Of a stretch of 64,000 nt of DNA, positions 1-13,602 are shown piece after piece; the first letter of the stretch is position 1; the number at the start of each line of letters is the position of its first letter. The position numbers were made by a program, and so were the translations under genes. The stretch comes from Octopus bimaculoides (lineage: Eukaryota), in the NCBI RefSeq assembly GCF_001194135.2, contig NC_068993.1, positions 55,542,180 to 55,606,179 on the forward strand, given 5' to 3'. The notes under the pieces are model-generated. The model made no database searches, was not told where the DNA came from, and was given only the letters and a program-made list of their open reading frames with translations.

Positions 1-135
1 TGTTATAACTGCATACTTTATTCCGACATATTTCCCTGAGGAGAAGTTAACATTTTTAACATCGACGATTCCTATGGATCGCATAAATTGTAATTCTTCG
101 AAACATATGTCGGAATAAAGTATGCAGTTATAACA
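1..135. mobile_element. MITE-like palindromic element, probably truncated by the window edge
   Basis: Bases 1-31 (tgttataactgcatactttattccgacatat) are the exact reverse complement of 105-135. A (TA)n tract follows at about 160. Confidence 0.7.
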
Positions 136-1658
136 TGCGTTTACTCCATTCCTTAAATTTATATATATATATATATATATATGTTATATGTATATATATA
201 CACACATACACTGATACAGAGTGTAAATGCGATGGTGCTTGTGATGAGACTGGCTTTTCTCTCTATACACTTGTTTATTAGTTTATTATATGCACACATT
301 CCTATATATGCATGTGATGCATAATGAAAATGGTTTTGTTTATTTGTTGCATTTTGTTTTAGTTTCTTGTGATATAGAGGATAAAGAATTTAAAGCCTCC
401 CTATGTTTTTGTGTGGTCTTAGATCAGACAGCATTGCTCTGCACTCAGACAAATAAGTAGCTATCTAAAACTATTAGTCTGTGGCTTCCATTCCCTTTCA
501 CATGTTCTTTTCTCCCTGCATATTTTTTTTTCATTTACGTAGTCTCAATAACAGGAAGAAGATTGATACAATTTGTCCCCTATGCTGGTATTTTGTATGG
601 CTTTGCCACTTACAACTGACTGAAGATGTGAGGTAGCGAGAACAAGATTTGTCCTTATGGAACTTGCCAGGTTCAATACTGTTCTAAGTTAAGTTGCAGT
701 CTTCTAGAATTTAGTTTTGGTTTACAAATTTAAAGAATAACAGCTTCTATTGATTTTTATAATCTGGTATCAGATTGGTGAAGGTTTCGAATTATTAAGG
801 TTCAGAAGCATTAATTATTCATTCCCTTTTGCCGTTTGTCTTTTTTAAATTGTTTACTCATCAGACATCACTAAACTGCACTAGTATATGACAGGTATAG
901 TACTTGCAGGTAATTTGATCTGAGGACCTCTGCATTAAGTGTCTAAATCTGCTACAATTAATGGGTAAATCTTCTTCAAATCGCATTCTACTATGTTGGG
1001 AAACGCTTGAGTCACGACTGGAACACGTTTTAATCATAGATCGAGTGACAATGTTTTGACTGTTGACTTTAAAGACTGATAGTCTTGAAACAATGAATAT
1101 ATTCTAGAACAAAGGTGAACATAATTTTATAAACTTTGTCGATGCTCTGTTCATCATCATCATCATCATCATTTAACGTCCTATTTAGAGTAAATTTTTT
1201 AAAGATAATCAGAAAGTTCTCACTAGTCCTGAATTACACAAATTGTCTTATTACAGAGCTAAGATTGGTTTCTTGTTTTATTGTCCTGTTCCTGGTTAAA
1301 TTTTACTAAATTCCACTCTCTGTTATGTGAAATTTGTCAAACACTTTCGACTTATCAACATTGTGAAGGAACTTTACATATTTGAAATATTGTTTGGAAT
1401 TTGGAATGATTTGGTAAATAATTAGCTGAAGTCTGTAGTAATGTATAGTTTGTTATTGTTATCACACTTGTTTTGGTAACATTTTAAGATTACTTTAGGT
1501 TTTTGGGTGCTTGTGGTATAATTTACACGAAACTGTTTGGAATATCCTATTGAATTTTTATATTCTGTCCATATCTGAAGCCTCCCTCCCTGTTATGATG
1601 ACTTGGTAAACGCATCAGTTTGCTGCCTGATTCTGTAGCTATAAACTTCTTTTTGTAG

Positions 1659-1742
1659 AAAATGAATCATCTTGTGATATGTTGTTGTCACCACTAGAAG
1701 ACCTTGACTTAGACTCAACGCTGTCACCTGCCAGAAGCATAG
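1659..1742 (+). CDS. Candidate 84-nt phase 1-1 cassette exon of the MIER gene (ENESSCDMLLSPLEDLDLDSTLSPARSI)
   Basis: Acceptor ttcttttttgtag ends at 1658 and donor AG|GTATTG starts at 1743. The frame is open, and the final G joins AT at 5012 to give the Asp before PMSLW. Confidence 0.4.
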
Positions 1743-2907
1743 GTATTGGCAACTTGGCTTTCTCCTATTTGAAGGGAGGTGTGTGTTGTTGGAAATTTGA
1801 AGCTTAAGTGATTTTTTTTTTTTTTTAATAAATTATTTTTTGCTTATACACATCACTTAGCTTTTTAAGCAAAATTCATAAAAATGTTTTCCATCATTTG
1901 AAATTTTCCTTAGAATATTTCAACACATGCCTCTCAAAGAGTTATGTGTATGTATGTATGTAAAATTCATGGATATATATATATGTATATTTATATATAT
2001 ATGCATACATACGTACATACACACACAGACTTATGTTAGTCTCTCACAGCCATGCATTACCAGCATTGTTAAATTACATTGCTGACTGTATATATATATA
2101 TATATTTTCCTTGACTGTTTATGACAATTTTAGAAAGGCCAGAATGTTTATTGGCCCCAAATTCTTGTTAGTAACCACAATCTATTAATAAGCTCTCCCT
2201 AAGAGGTTTATAGGAAATTCATGTTAATGTTTTTTTTATAATTTGGTCATCAATACCGCCTCCCTTCAATTCTACTTGACAATTTTGCTTTATATAATTG
2301 TTACGCTTCTTAAATTAAAACCATTATTTTGATTATATTAAAAAGTTTACTGCTCATTAAACTTTGAAAGCATTAATGAAATCTCGACTGAGTTATCCTT
2401 GCAATGGCAGCCAAAGTTTCTGTTATTATTATTATTATTATTATTTACATTATTAAAGCATGTCTTGTTCCTAACATTTCCAATCTGGGTAATGAAGTGT
2501 TTTTTTCATAACGAGCACTATATAGAAATGAGAAAGGAATTGCAGATAATTTACCAGGATATAGTTGCCACAGATAATAGAAACATTAAAAAAAACTTGC
2601 CTAATTTGTGCTAGAATTAAAACACATAGTTTTTGGCATCTCAAATCAAATTAAATGCTGATATAATTCTAACAAGTCTTTGTTCGCTTTTATGTCCATT
2701 TTTCCATGCTAGCATGGGTTTCAGGAACATTGAATATTTTATTCCAATGAAAATTTGTCTATCAACTTGACCAAAATATTTAGTCAGAAAATTCATTTTC
2801 ATTTGTATCCTGAATTTCTCTACTTATTTAGGATTATTTAAGATAGCAATCTGCTCCACATTTTTCGTAACTGACTTCAATTTTTAAAGATCCTCCCTAT
2901 TACACAG

Positions 2908-3510
2908 TCATCATAAGCATTGTCGTTTAATGTCCGCTTTGCATGCTGGCATGGGTTGGGCGGTTTGACTGAGGACTGGTGAGCCAGGAGGCTGCACCAG
3001 GCTCCAATCTGATCTGGCAAAGTTTCTACAGCTAGATGCCCTTCCTAACGCCAGCCACTCCAAGAGTGTAGTGTGTGCTTTTACGTGCCACCGGCATGAG
3101 GGCCAGTCAGGTGGTACTGGCAACGACCACGCTCAAAAGGTGTTTTTTACGTGCTACCTGCACGGGTGCCAGTCTGGCGGCACTGGCATCAACCACGCTC
3201 AGATTGTGCTTTTAACATTCCACTGGCACAAGTGCCAATCAGGCGGTACTGTCATTGACCACATCAGTGATTTTGATTTTGATTTCACTTGCCTAAACAG
3301 GTTTTCGCAAGCAATGTCTATTGTCCAAAAAATGAAGGGTACTCATAAGTGGGCTGGTTATACACCACTGACATAGGCCACGGGTTATGGTGTCAGTTGG
3401 CTTGTCGAGTCTTCTCAAGTTCAGCATATCTCCAAAGGTTTTGGTCACTAGTCATTGCCTCGATGAGGCCCAATGTTCGAAGGCCGTGCTTCACCACCTC
3501 ATCCTGGGTC
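2908..3510 (-). mobile_element. 3' end of an RTE-clade LINE (ORF C-terminus, 3' UTR with 63-bp tandem units, (GAT)n-type tail)
   Basis: The reverse strand encodes DEVVKHGLRTLGLIEAMTSDQNLWRYAELEKTRQA-like text typical of RTE ORF ends. It continues into the tail shared with copies at 5376, 5850, 19740, 21465, 43310 and 46720. Confidence 0.8.
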
Positions 3511-4986
3511 TTCAACTAGAATATTTATCACTATACGCATCATCACTGATACGTCTCTTCTATATCATCAACATGATAATTAGACTGAGGGAATCCAAAA
3601 TGAGTAACTAGTTGTTATATGTCCTTTATATTCAATGCTAGTCTTTAAAAGAGGTATTTCGTTTAGATTCTTCTGACTGTGCCAAGGAAATTAAGGCTAT
3701 GTAAAGAGTCAAGAACTATTTCAGTTCAGAACAATTGCTTCAAGCTGTAAAAGTACCCCTCACTATGGTCTACTATGTCATATTTGAGATGATGCACTTC
3801 CTTTAACCACTGCAGTTAGAAGAATAAAAGAAAGCTATTTGACAGGCCTCTTTAGATGTCATCTTTATATTTGGTCTCATTTAACTGTTACTATACCAAA
3901 GTTATTGACTGTACTTTCACCTCCACTTTGTAGTCATTCGGCCTGCTAGAAATACCAACCAAATCGTCCACAAATCTCATTCTCAAAAAGAAGGACACGT
4001 TGGATATAGTCTTGGGTTGACTATGCCGCAGAAGAACCCAGATGGTCACAGTTTGGGTGCTTTTGACCATTCATCTGTAGTATCACATCTGTCCTGTGAC
4101 TCAGGAGGAATAACAATATATATTTTGGTACACTTATTTCTGTTTGCCCAAACTTTGTACCAAACATAAAATTCTGTAAATCACCAGATCCTATCTCATC
4201 ACCGTGTATGGGGGTCACCATGTCAGTGTCATAATGGATTTAGCAGACAGGATTCCTGCAAGTCACTCCCTCTAGTGTATCGGCAGTGTCAGTTAAAGTA
4301 TACCACTGTACTTTCTCCTCGTAGTTTGTGTCAAAAAATACACACTTTGGCATTGTTGGCTTCTCTTAGAATGTTTTCCTTTCTTTGGCATTCAGTAAAT
4401 TATAACTTAGCCTAGAGATGTGAACCACATGATAAAATCTATAGTTATTTTAATGTTAACTTATTTAATGCAGGAAATATTGGAAGACTTACTAGAAATC
4501 GTTGGACATTTACTTGGTGATCATTCCATCAGTATTTTGGGGGAAGAATAAGAAGCATGCTTTGCTGATGACGTCAAATGTAGGATAGTCCACAGTTGTC
4601 TCCCATACTTGGTGAAATAAAAGTAATACTCATCATTGGCTATTATTTTTTCTTCACAGTATGATTATTTCTTGTTGTTCTTATTATTGAGTCCTGCTTT
4701 AAACATGTTAGCTATAAATTCCAGTAAACTTGTTGCATTTCTTTGATCATACACTAAAATGACTTGCTTTAAAAAATGTTTTTGTCTCTTTTTGCTCAAT
4801 ATGTATTTGATTTTGAGGTTGGATACTCACTCACACACACTAACTTGAGACTTTGGCTGCCATTGGTTATAAAGTAAAATTACTTTTTTTTTTGTGTAAC
4901 ATTTTTCAATAATTTTTCTTTCTTTGAAAAAAAGTATTCAAGGTTTGTAAATATATAGAAACAGTGTTATTTATTTACTGGAATAA

Positions 4987-5247
<261 letters not shown>

Positions 5248-5375
5248 TAATTTTCTAAATCATAGTCTTTAGCTAGTGTGTGTTCATATCTAAATTATGT
5301 TTCATTAGTTTAATCTCTAATTGTCGTCAAGTGTTTTATTCATTGGTTCAGTGATAAAGATGCTATTACACTTCA

Positions 5376-5630
5376 TCATCATCATCATCGTTTAACGTCC
5401 GCTTTCCTTGCTAGCATGGGTTGGACAATTTGACTGAGGACTGGTGAACCAGAACGCTGCACCAGGCTCCAATCTGATTTGGCAGAGTTTCTACGACTGG
5501 ATGCCCTTCCTATCGCCAACCACTCCGAGAGTGTAGTGGGTGCTTTTACATGCCACCGGCACGAAGGCCAGTCCGGCGGTACTGGCAACAGCCACACTCA
5601 AAATGGTGTATTTTACGTGCCACCTGCACG
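5376..5630 (-). mobile_element. RTE-tail repeat (SINE or truncated LINE copy)
   Basis: catcatcatc gtttaacgtccgctttcc...ggatgcccttcc...gccaaccactcc, the same family as 2908-3070. Confidence 0.85.
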
Positions 5631-5849
5631 TAAAATAAATAAATATAATAGGATTTCTAAAATTTTGAATGACTGCAAGTCCACCAGCATAAAATACAAA
5701 TCAAAAAGGTTCATATATAAAAAATGGTTGAGAACCTCTGTTTGACATATAAATGAGCCAGATTTGGCCCAAATATCTGTTTTATGTTCAAACCAGCCAG
5801 ATCCATCCTCTCATGCCTACGATATAATGTATGATTAATTAAAAATGAT

Positions 5850-6013
5850 GTCTGAGTGGTTGGCGTTAGGAAGGGCATCCAGCTGTAGAAACTCTGCCAA
5901 ATTAGATTGGAGCCTGGTGTTGCCATCCGGTTTCACCAGTCCTCAGTCAAATCGTCCAACCCATGCTAGCATGGAAAGCGGACGTTAAACGATGATGATG
6001 ATGATGATGATGA
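5850..6013 (+). mobile_element. RTE-tail repeat, inverted relative to 5376-5535 and inserted in a piggyBac-like MITE
   Basis: Ends in ggacgttaaac(gat)n. MITE sequence lies on both sides (5745-5850 and 6014-6040). Confidence 0.85.
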
Positions 6014-6444
6014 TTTGACAGAGTAATCTGAATGCTAAAGACTTCTAAAGGATTACTCCTGTTACTTAGTTACTTACTGATTCTGCCTGAAGTTCACAAG
6101 AAGAGCACAAATGTCCATAAAATTCTTCACATTTACTCTATAATTCAATGGATGAGCAGTTCAGCCATCTTACTAGAACACTCTTCAAAAATGGCAAGAC
6201 TTTTTGGGNNNNNNNNNNGCTGTCATTAAATTAATCCAAAACAGTGATGTACCGGCATTTTGCCACATTTTCCAGCATGCAAGTCAGTACAGTGTACAAT
6301 CTAAAATATGCTATACCCTCCAAAGTTGTTCTGGTGTACAAGTCAACTTGTTCCCCCCCCCTCTCTCTCTCTTTGTTTGTTTGTCTAAAATATGGTAAAT
6401 TACAGCATGTGTTTGTAGGTACCATTCTGCTTTCCAATATAATA

Positions 6445-6677
6445 GCAAGCTGTTAGATTCGTTAGCACACCGGGCGAAATGCTTAGCGGTATTTTGTCTG
6501 CCATTACATTGTTACATTCTGAGTTCAAATTCTACCTGGGTAGATTTTGCCTTTCATCCTTTCAGGATCGATTAAATAAGCACCAGTTACACACTGGGGT
6601 TGATGTGATCGACTTAATCCCTCTATCTGTCCTTGTTTGTTTTCTCTATGTTAAGCCTTCTCTGGGCAATAAAGAAG
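6445..6677 (+). mobile_element. tRNA-derived SINE, family A
   Basis: gttagcacaccgggcgaaatgcttagcggtatt...gagttcaaattc (B-box-like). Collinear with the copy at 40667. Confidence 0.85.
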
Positions 6678-7135
6678 TTTAAATCATTAATTCCTTAATC
6701 TATCTGACTTATTTCCCTTGAGTCCAGCTGAATAGGCGGCTTACTTCCTGAAGAAGATAGGTATTCACCAATAACTCCCTCAGGATAAACATTTCCTTAT
6801 GTTTGAACTTTATCGAAATTTCTCTCCAATATAATAAATATTGTTTGCAATGCCTTTAAAAGGATTTCATCTACAATTATAATTTCTTTAATATAACATG
6901 ACTAAACCACACCTTTCCCATCAAAATTCCTGGTCTTGTACCTAGATTAGAAACCATTATTGTTATTAAAATTACATACCAACTGCTTGGTAACTGAACA
7001 TACATGAATAAAAAAAATTTTACGAGATAAGTTACAGTCACAAAATGCCTTGGGGATGAGTTAGCTGGAATTTTCCTTTTATCAGGCTGCAACAACATGT
7101 TAGTTGTCACAAGACATCTTGTGATCAATGTTTAA

Positions 7136-7350
7136 CCCTTTAGCAATTTAATCTGGCCATATCCAGCCTCAAATATTCCACCTGTTTTATTATGTTAAAA
7201 CTGACTAGGTACAGCTTCTCACACCTACCCTACAATGTTGTTCTAAAAATATACTAACACATCATTGAAGTTTTGAAGCTGCAAGATTAATTCAAAGCAA
7301 CGTGAATAAATAAGCAAGGCATTTGACAATGGAATTTGGTTGCTAAAGGG
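7136..7350 (-). mobile_element. piggyBac-like MITE
   Basis: ttaa|ccctttagca ... tgctaaaggg|ttca. The body is the reverse complement of the 58086 copy. Confidence 0.7.
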
Positions 7351-7680
7351 TTCATGGTTAAAGCAAATTAACTGATTGATGATAAATAACATAGCAGAAC
7401 ATTGTAACATTGGTGGATGTGTGTGTGTGAATTGAGGAGGTGACTGTGTTTGTGTTGGTTGTAAGAGATACAGCAATACTAAACCAAGAAATAGTTGAAG
7501 TGGGGGAGTTATGTCAAACCTTGAAGCTGAAGGGTTTTACTGATGAGATGACGCAGCATCAAAATATAAAAAATGCCATCTTGAAGGTATGAGGAAGAAG
7601 AAACAATACACCATTTATGATGTTGGCTATTTATTACTACATTTCATCATTTCTTTTATTATTTTTTATTTTCGTCATAA

Positions 7681-7836
<156 letters not shown>

Positions 7837-8252
7837 TAAGTCTGTTGTATATGCTTTTTATCATTGCCCATCTGGTTTGACAGTCTTTGTTAATCTTGTT
7901 GTGGTTGGCCTCACCAAGGAAGATGCAAAGATGCTGTGACAATTTAGTTGTCTCTCCATCATCACAGCTAAAATCAATTCTTCCAAGAGGCTGCTTTACT
8001 TTCTGTTGTATATTTTTCTGTTAAACACCCATAGGCTATTAATATATATTATGGTGAGATCGTGTGGACAGAAAAATTCCTTCAGAGACTGGGATTTATC
8101 AGTAGTACAATCTTTATGTTCCCCTAGCTGTGTGACTGCAAAACAGCTGACTTAGTCTGTGAAGTGAGAGATTTTAACAAATGGTGTGCTCATTTCTCAT
8201 CTTCATCAGGAGAAACCATTTATTTATTCTTGTCTCTTTCTTCTTTCTGCAG

Positions 8253-8772
8253 AGACTACATGGATAGATTCCTCGACCAAGACCAGGATAGCCCGTCTCC
8301 TGCAACAACAAGGGACCGGTCGTCTAGTCCGAATTTTAGCATGCTGATTTACGGAGATCAGAAACGTCACCAGCTGAAACCCACAATAGATGTTGACAAC
8401 CTCACCAACTTCCAATCTATAGGCAGCTTATCTGTATTGGATAACTCTAGCAGTACTAAAGTCTTAGACTCTGCTGTAGATCATCACAATGTCGACACAA
8501 ACAGCAATGGACCAGGCAAGCAGGTCGTTTCTCGGCTTGAAAGACATGACGACGTTTCCGACGACACGTTAGAGCCACCTAGTGCCAAAAAATGTAAACT
8601 TGACTTGAAAAGTGAAATAGAGATGAATTATTCAGCTAAGCATTTCTTAGAGTCAAATATTTTGAACCCGCTGACACTGACAGAAGTATCAAAGCTTTCA
8701 AACGATAACACACTGGCCTCTGGGGAGTCACTACACTTCTCACAGCCAACAGCTGAGTCTGTCGCACAGTAA
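8253..8772 (+). CDS. MIER1: MIER-family protein, terminal coding exon (TDYMDRFLDQDQ...PTAESVAQ*)
   Basis: Acceptor ttctttctgcag, phase 2 compatible with 7835. DYMDRFLD is the conserved MIER post-SANT motif. The frame is open to TAA at 8770-8772 and contains the NLS-like PSAKKCKL. Confidence 0.92.
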
Positions 8773-8822
8773 AACAAATAAGACTAAAATACATAAAACA
8801 AAAACTCATAAAACAGACAGTA

Positions 8823-9824
8823 AATAAATTTGAAATTTAAAAAAAAATGTAAATGTGAAGTTAACAGTTGCGACTGTTGAGATGAGGGNNNNNNNNNNNN
8901 NNGGAGGGAGGGAGGGACGGGTGGATGGGGGGGACACATTCCAGGAGAATACCAGACATTGTGCAATAAACTGGTTGCACACACTCACATATACATACAC
9001 ACACACACACACATGCACGTATGTACAAAGTGTAAGGCTGACATGATGTATTGACTGTTATTGAGGAGAAAATTGCCTACACAGTACTATCTTGTCCTCT
9101 CATTCTTCTTTCATTCTGCCCCTTTTCCAACATTCTTCTGTGTAATTTCTCTCCTGAAAAGTTTCACAAAGGTCTCTTACTTTAAAAATGTATTGCTGGG
9201 GATCCCAGCCTCTCTCTCTTCTCTCTCCTGTCTCTCTCTCTTCTCTCTCCTGTCTCTCTCTCTTCTCTCTCCTGTCTCTCTCTCTTCTCTCTCCTGTCTC
9301 TCTCTCTCTCTCTCTGACTAAATAATTATAAAACACCAATTATTAAAATTAATTTTTTTTCTTTTTTTTTTTTTAAATTACAGTCCATTTTGGAAAAGGC
9401 AATTTAAAAAAAGAATATTGGTCAGAGTGACGATGGGGAGAGAATAGAGACTATGTAAAATTCCGAGTACGTCAGGACACAATACCTGCCCCGCTCCTCT
9501 CAGCAATCTCCTGTACCTCAAAAGTTCTTCGCTCTATTTCTGTTACCGGTGAAAGTAATCAAGTGTAGCCGGTCACCGTCAGTACTCGATCCTTTGTTAA
9601 ATCTCTGTGTGTGTGTGTGTGCACGCAGCTGCTGGAGTTGAAAGTAGAAGAAAAGTTGGCAACCCAAAGGTTTCTTGTATTTCACTGTTCCACATGTAAA
9701 CGTTTCTTATCAACATAAGAAATTGCATATTGTTCCAAAACTTGTGTATCATTCTGTGAGAGGGGGACCTCACCCCCTTTAATACGTTGTCTCCCTGTCG
9801 ATGAAAAGTTTCATTGTCAATAAA
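8823..9824 (+). other. Candidate MIER 3' UTR polyadenylation signals
   Basis: AATAAA at 8823, 8965 and 9819 downstream of the stop. The site actually used cannot be told from sequence. Confidence 0.3.
9209..9315 (+). repeat. 22-bp CT-rich tandem repeat (ctctctctcttctctctcctgt), about 4 copies
   Basis: Read directly from the sequence. Confidence 0.9.
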
Positions 9825-11589
9825 AAGCAACACAACTTTCAAACAATAGGCAAAAAAGAAATGGTGAAATTTCAAAATGCTCTCCTCCCGCCTTCCCCCT
9901 CAGTTTTTCTAACTTTCCACCTGCTACTGTATAAATAACGACTGACATACATACATGCACGCCCCGCCCCCTCCCCCTACACACAGAAATGTATGTATAT
10001 TTATTGGTACTACACCGAAACACATCACATTGAAAGAAGGTTGACGAGGAAAATCTTAAAAATTGGAAAAACAAAACAAAAAAAAATTACAAAAAAAAAC
10101 AAAAACAACAAATGACAGACATTTCTCCAAGCATCTGTTTTTGCTGGGAACTATTTATGGAAAAGACATCATAAATTATACACAATCTCTATCTCTCTTT
10201 TTTTTTTTTTTTTTTTTTTNNNNNNNNNNNNNNNNNNNNNNNNNNNNNNNNNNNNNNNNNNNNNNNNNNNNNNNNNNNNNNNNNNNNNNNNNNNNNNNNN
10301 NNNNNNNNNNNNNNNNNNNNNNNNNNNTTTTTTTTTCCGGCTGATGTTCAGCTTACTAAAACAGCTGATTTTTAACAAAACATTTGAAGAAAAGCAAAAT
10401 ACAACTTGAATTCCAAACTGATCCCTCCAAGCGAACCATTTTTTAAAGAAAACTAATTCACAGGCCATAACTAGAAATCATCTAAACTAAATCTTATTCA
10501 TTTGTCTTTTCCTTTACTCTTCTTCATTTTTGTTTGCTTTATTTTTATTGTCTTTTTTTTGTTTTCTCTGAGGGTTACATCTGGCCAGACAGACTGTTTC
10601 GCGTAATGTGTGTGGGACTGCACTAAGCCCTGCTCCACCTAGTTTGTAAATAGGTACCTTGGAGAGGTACAGTCCACTTCCGCTATATACATATAACTGA
10701 TGACTCCTTTTGTTACCATGCAGTACTGAGTTCAAAATCTTATTGTGGGCTTGGAATGGGTCCAGGGAAAGTTTCAGTGAGGTCCCAACTCCCGAGGTAG
10801 TTTCCTGTCATCACTTAACTGTGTCTGCTTTTGGTTTTCCATCTAGTTTCTCATAATTGGTGTTCCTCCTTCATGTTTCTGTCTCTCTCCTGTTTTGGGT
10901 TGGGGTATGAGATGGGGGACATAGCATTAGTCCGATATTTCCTTCGTTCCATACTTGACACATGAGCTAATCCATTCAATCTGCTGGCTGGCACACATTT
11001 TCACTTCTACGTACTGGTAATCCTTATCATCACTTAGTGTTGTCTAAAAAATAATATATACATATGTATGTAGAATCACCTGTAGCCCCACCCCTCACCA
11101 CACCACTTCAGTCTTTTCCTCCCCTCCGCCTTGAATCACCCAACTTTGTTCTCAATGCTGAGGCCTTCGAACTCTCACCCACCAAACCCTCCTTGCTCTA
11201 CATAAACTCTCAGTAGACAGACAGACAGACGAACTACTTCGGATCATCTTGTGATACTTCTTTATCATTTTCTCTTTAATTCCACACATTTTGACTCATT
11301 AATTTTCTTTTCAGTTTGTGTGTGTGTGTGTTTATGTATGTGTGTATGTATGTATGTAAATATATGTGGTTACATTGTAACAATTTAGAAACTTCAAGAG
11401 ACGTGAAAATAGTTTGTTTTTAACTGGAACTTGAAGCAGATAAAGTAATATGTACTTGCATGTGCGTATTGGGTTTAAAAAAAGCCATTTGGATAGCCTT
11501 CAACTTGCTCTGTCCAAAGGAGTTTTTAATCCAACATTTACATGTTACTAAATATATCTTTATCTGCTTTGAGTTCTCCAGTTAAAAGC

Positions 11590-11624
<35 letters not shown>

Positions 11625-12782
11625 TACATATATAACTATTTTACAAATACAATGAGTTTTATTTCGGTGCATAGTCTACCAAAGGGCTCTGTAGAAAAAT
11701 TTTAAATTATAATTATATAATGTAGTAGATACAAACACAGTGAAAGAACCAATGTATACTTAGGATAAATACATATTTTTTTTCCCTTCCCTTTCAAGTA
11801 AACTTAAATGATGTTGTCTTCAACAGGCTACAAATGCTACATGAAGTATTGAAATATGCATGTTTATATAGACTCAAGAACTAACATAAAGCAAGTTTAT
11901 GTACATTAAGAATTATGCTGAACTGTTGCGGAACTCTGCACTGAAATACAGCGATGCTGTATATGAAAAATATTTTTAGTTATGTGGTTTCTGTTCTGTA
12001 TTTTAGATACTGAATCCAGAATAGGTAGAGCGTCAATATGTGGATTCCATGGCATTTCAGCTTTGTTCATAATATACCTCAGTTCGCTGTATACATATGC
12101 GTAGTTCACACTGCATTTTTTTCCAGTGGCCTGCAAAGTAACACCAACACACACACATATGTAAAAAGATACATTCACATAGACATACATATATATATGT
12201 ATGTATTGTGTGTGTGTGTGTCATTCAGAAAGTGTTGCTCTGAAAAAATATATATTTTAATATGTATATACTTGGGTTGTTTTTTTGTTTTTGTTTTTGT
12301 TTTTTTCCATTCCCACTACCACATTATACTTTATAATATAATATTTATAAATATAAATGTGTGTGTGTGTGTATACGTTTATAGATATATGTGTATGATA
12401 TAAAATATACATCTGCACACACATGTATGCATTTGTGCTTGAGGGTGTGAGTGTGTGTATGTTTGGTTTATGTTTATATTCATTATCTTGTTTTCTTGTT
12501 TTTTTGAAAAAAAAAATTATCTTTTGAAATACTTCTTTCATTGTATTGTAAATATATAATATAATGCATATACACCTTTTTTTTTTTTTTTTTTTTCCAT
12601 CTCTGATTTTCTCTTTAAAAAAAAAATTATTTAATGGTATAATGCCTGGAATATATGTACTCATCACCATCGTTGTTGCTGCTCATTATGTAACCTATAC
12701 AAACACAGTGTGTACATATATATAATCTATATATATATATATATATTCACATATATATAGATATACATATATATATATATAT

Positions 12783-13482
12783 NNNNNNNNNNNNNNNNNN
12801 NNNNNNNNNNNNNNNNNNNNNNNNNNNNNNNNNNNNNNNNNNNNNNNNNNNNNNNNNNNNNNNNNNNNNNNNNNNNNNNNNNNNNNNNNNNNNNNNNNNN
12901 NNNNNNNNNNNNNNNNNNNNNNNNNNNNNNNNNNNNNNNNNNNNNNNNNNNNNNNNNNNNNNNNNNNNNNNNNNNNNNNNNNNNNNNNNNNNNNNNNNNN
13001 NNNNNNNNNNNNNNNNNNNNNNNNNNNNNNNNNNNNNNNNNNNNNNNNNNNNNNNNNNNNNNNNNNNNNNNNNNNNNNNNNNNNNNNNNNNNNNNNNNNN
13101 NNNNNNNNNNNNNNNNNNNNNNNNNNNNNNNNNNNNNNNNNNNNNNNNNNNNNNNNNNNNNNNNNNNNNNNNNNNNNNNNNNNNNNNNNNNNNNNNNNNN
13201 NNNNNNNNNNNNNNNNNNNNNNNNNNNNNNNNNNNNNNNNNNNNNNNNNNNNNNNNNNNNNNNNNNNNNNNNNNNNNNNNNNNNNNNNNNNNNNNNNNNN
13301 NNNNNNNNNNNNNNNNNNNNNNNNNNNNNNNNNNNNNNNNNNNNNNNNNNNNNNNNNNNNNNNNNNNNNNNNNNNNNNNNNNNNNNNNNNNNNNNNNNNN
13401 NNNNNNNNNNNNNNNNNNNNNNNNNNNNNNNNNNNNNNNNNNNNNNNNNNNNNNNNNNNNNNNNNNNNNNNNNNNNNNNNNN
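12783..13482. other. Assembly gap (700 N) flanked on the left by (TA)n
   Basis: N run. Other gaps occur at 6209, 8889, 10220-10327, 24375, 31746, 41748-42163, 59294-59456 and 62308. Confidence 1.
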
Positions 13483-13560
13483 GATATCAGTTGATTACAA
13501 ACTCTTGTCTCACCTTTTTATTTATTCATTTTTGCTTTCCACTCATTTGGTATGTATATG

Positions 13561-13602
<42 letters not shown>

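Noticed and set aside
3071-3376. 101-aa ORF with three 21-aa His/Cys repeats (CHRHEGQSGGTGNDH)
   Set aside because: It is the antisense reading of the 63-bp tandem unit in the RTE 3' UTR. The same text recurs at 5479 and 46878.
4474-4551. Acceptor followed by EILEDLLEIVGHLLGDHSISILGEE*
   Set aside because: Phase 0 with a stop and no donor. It is incompatible with the phase-1 MIER intron it lies in and has no MIER similarity.
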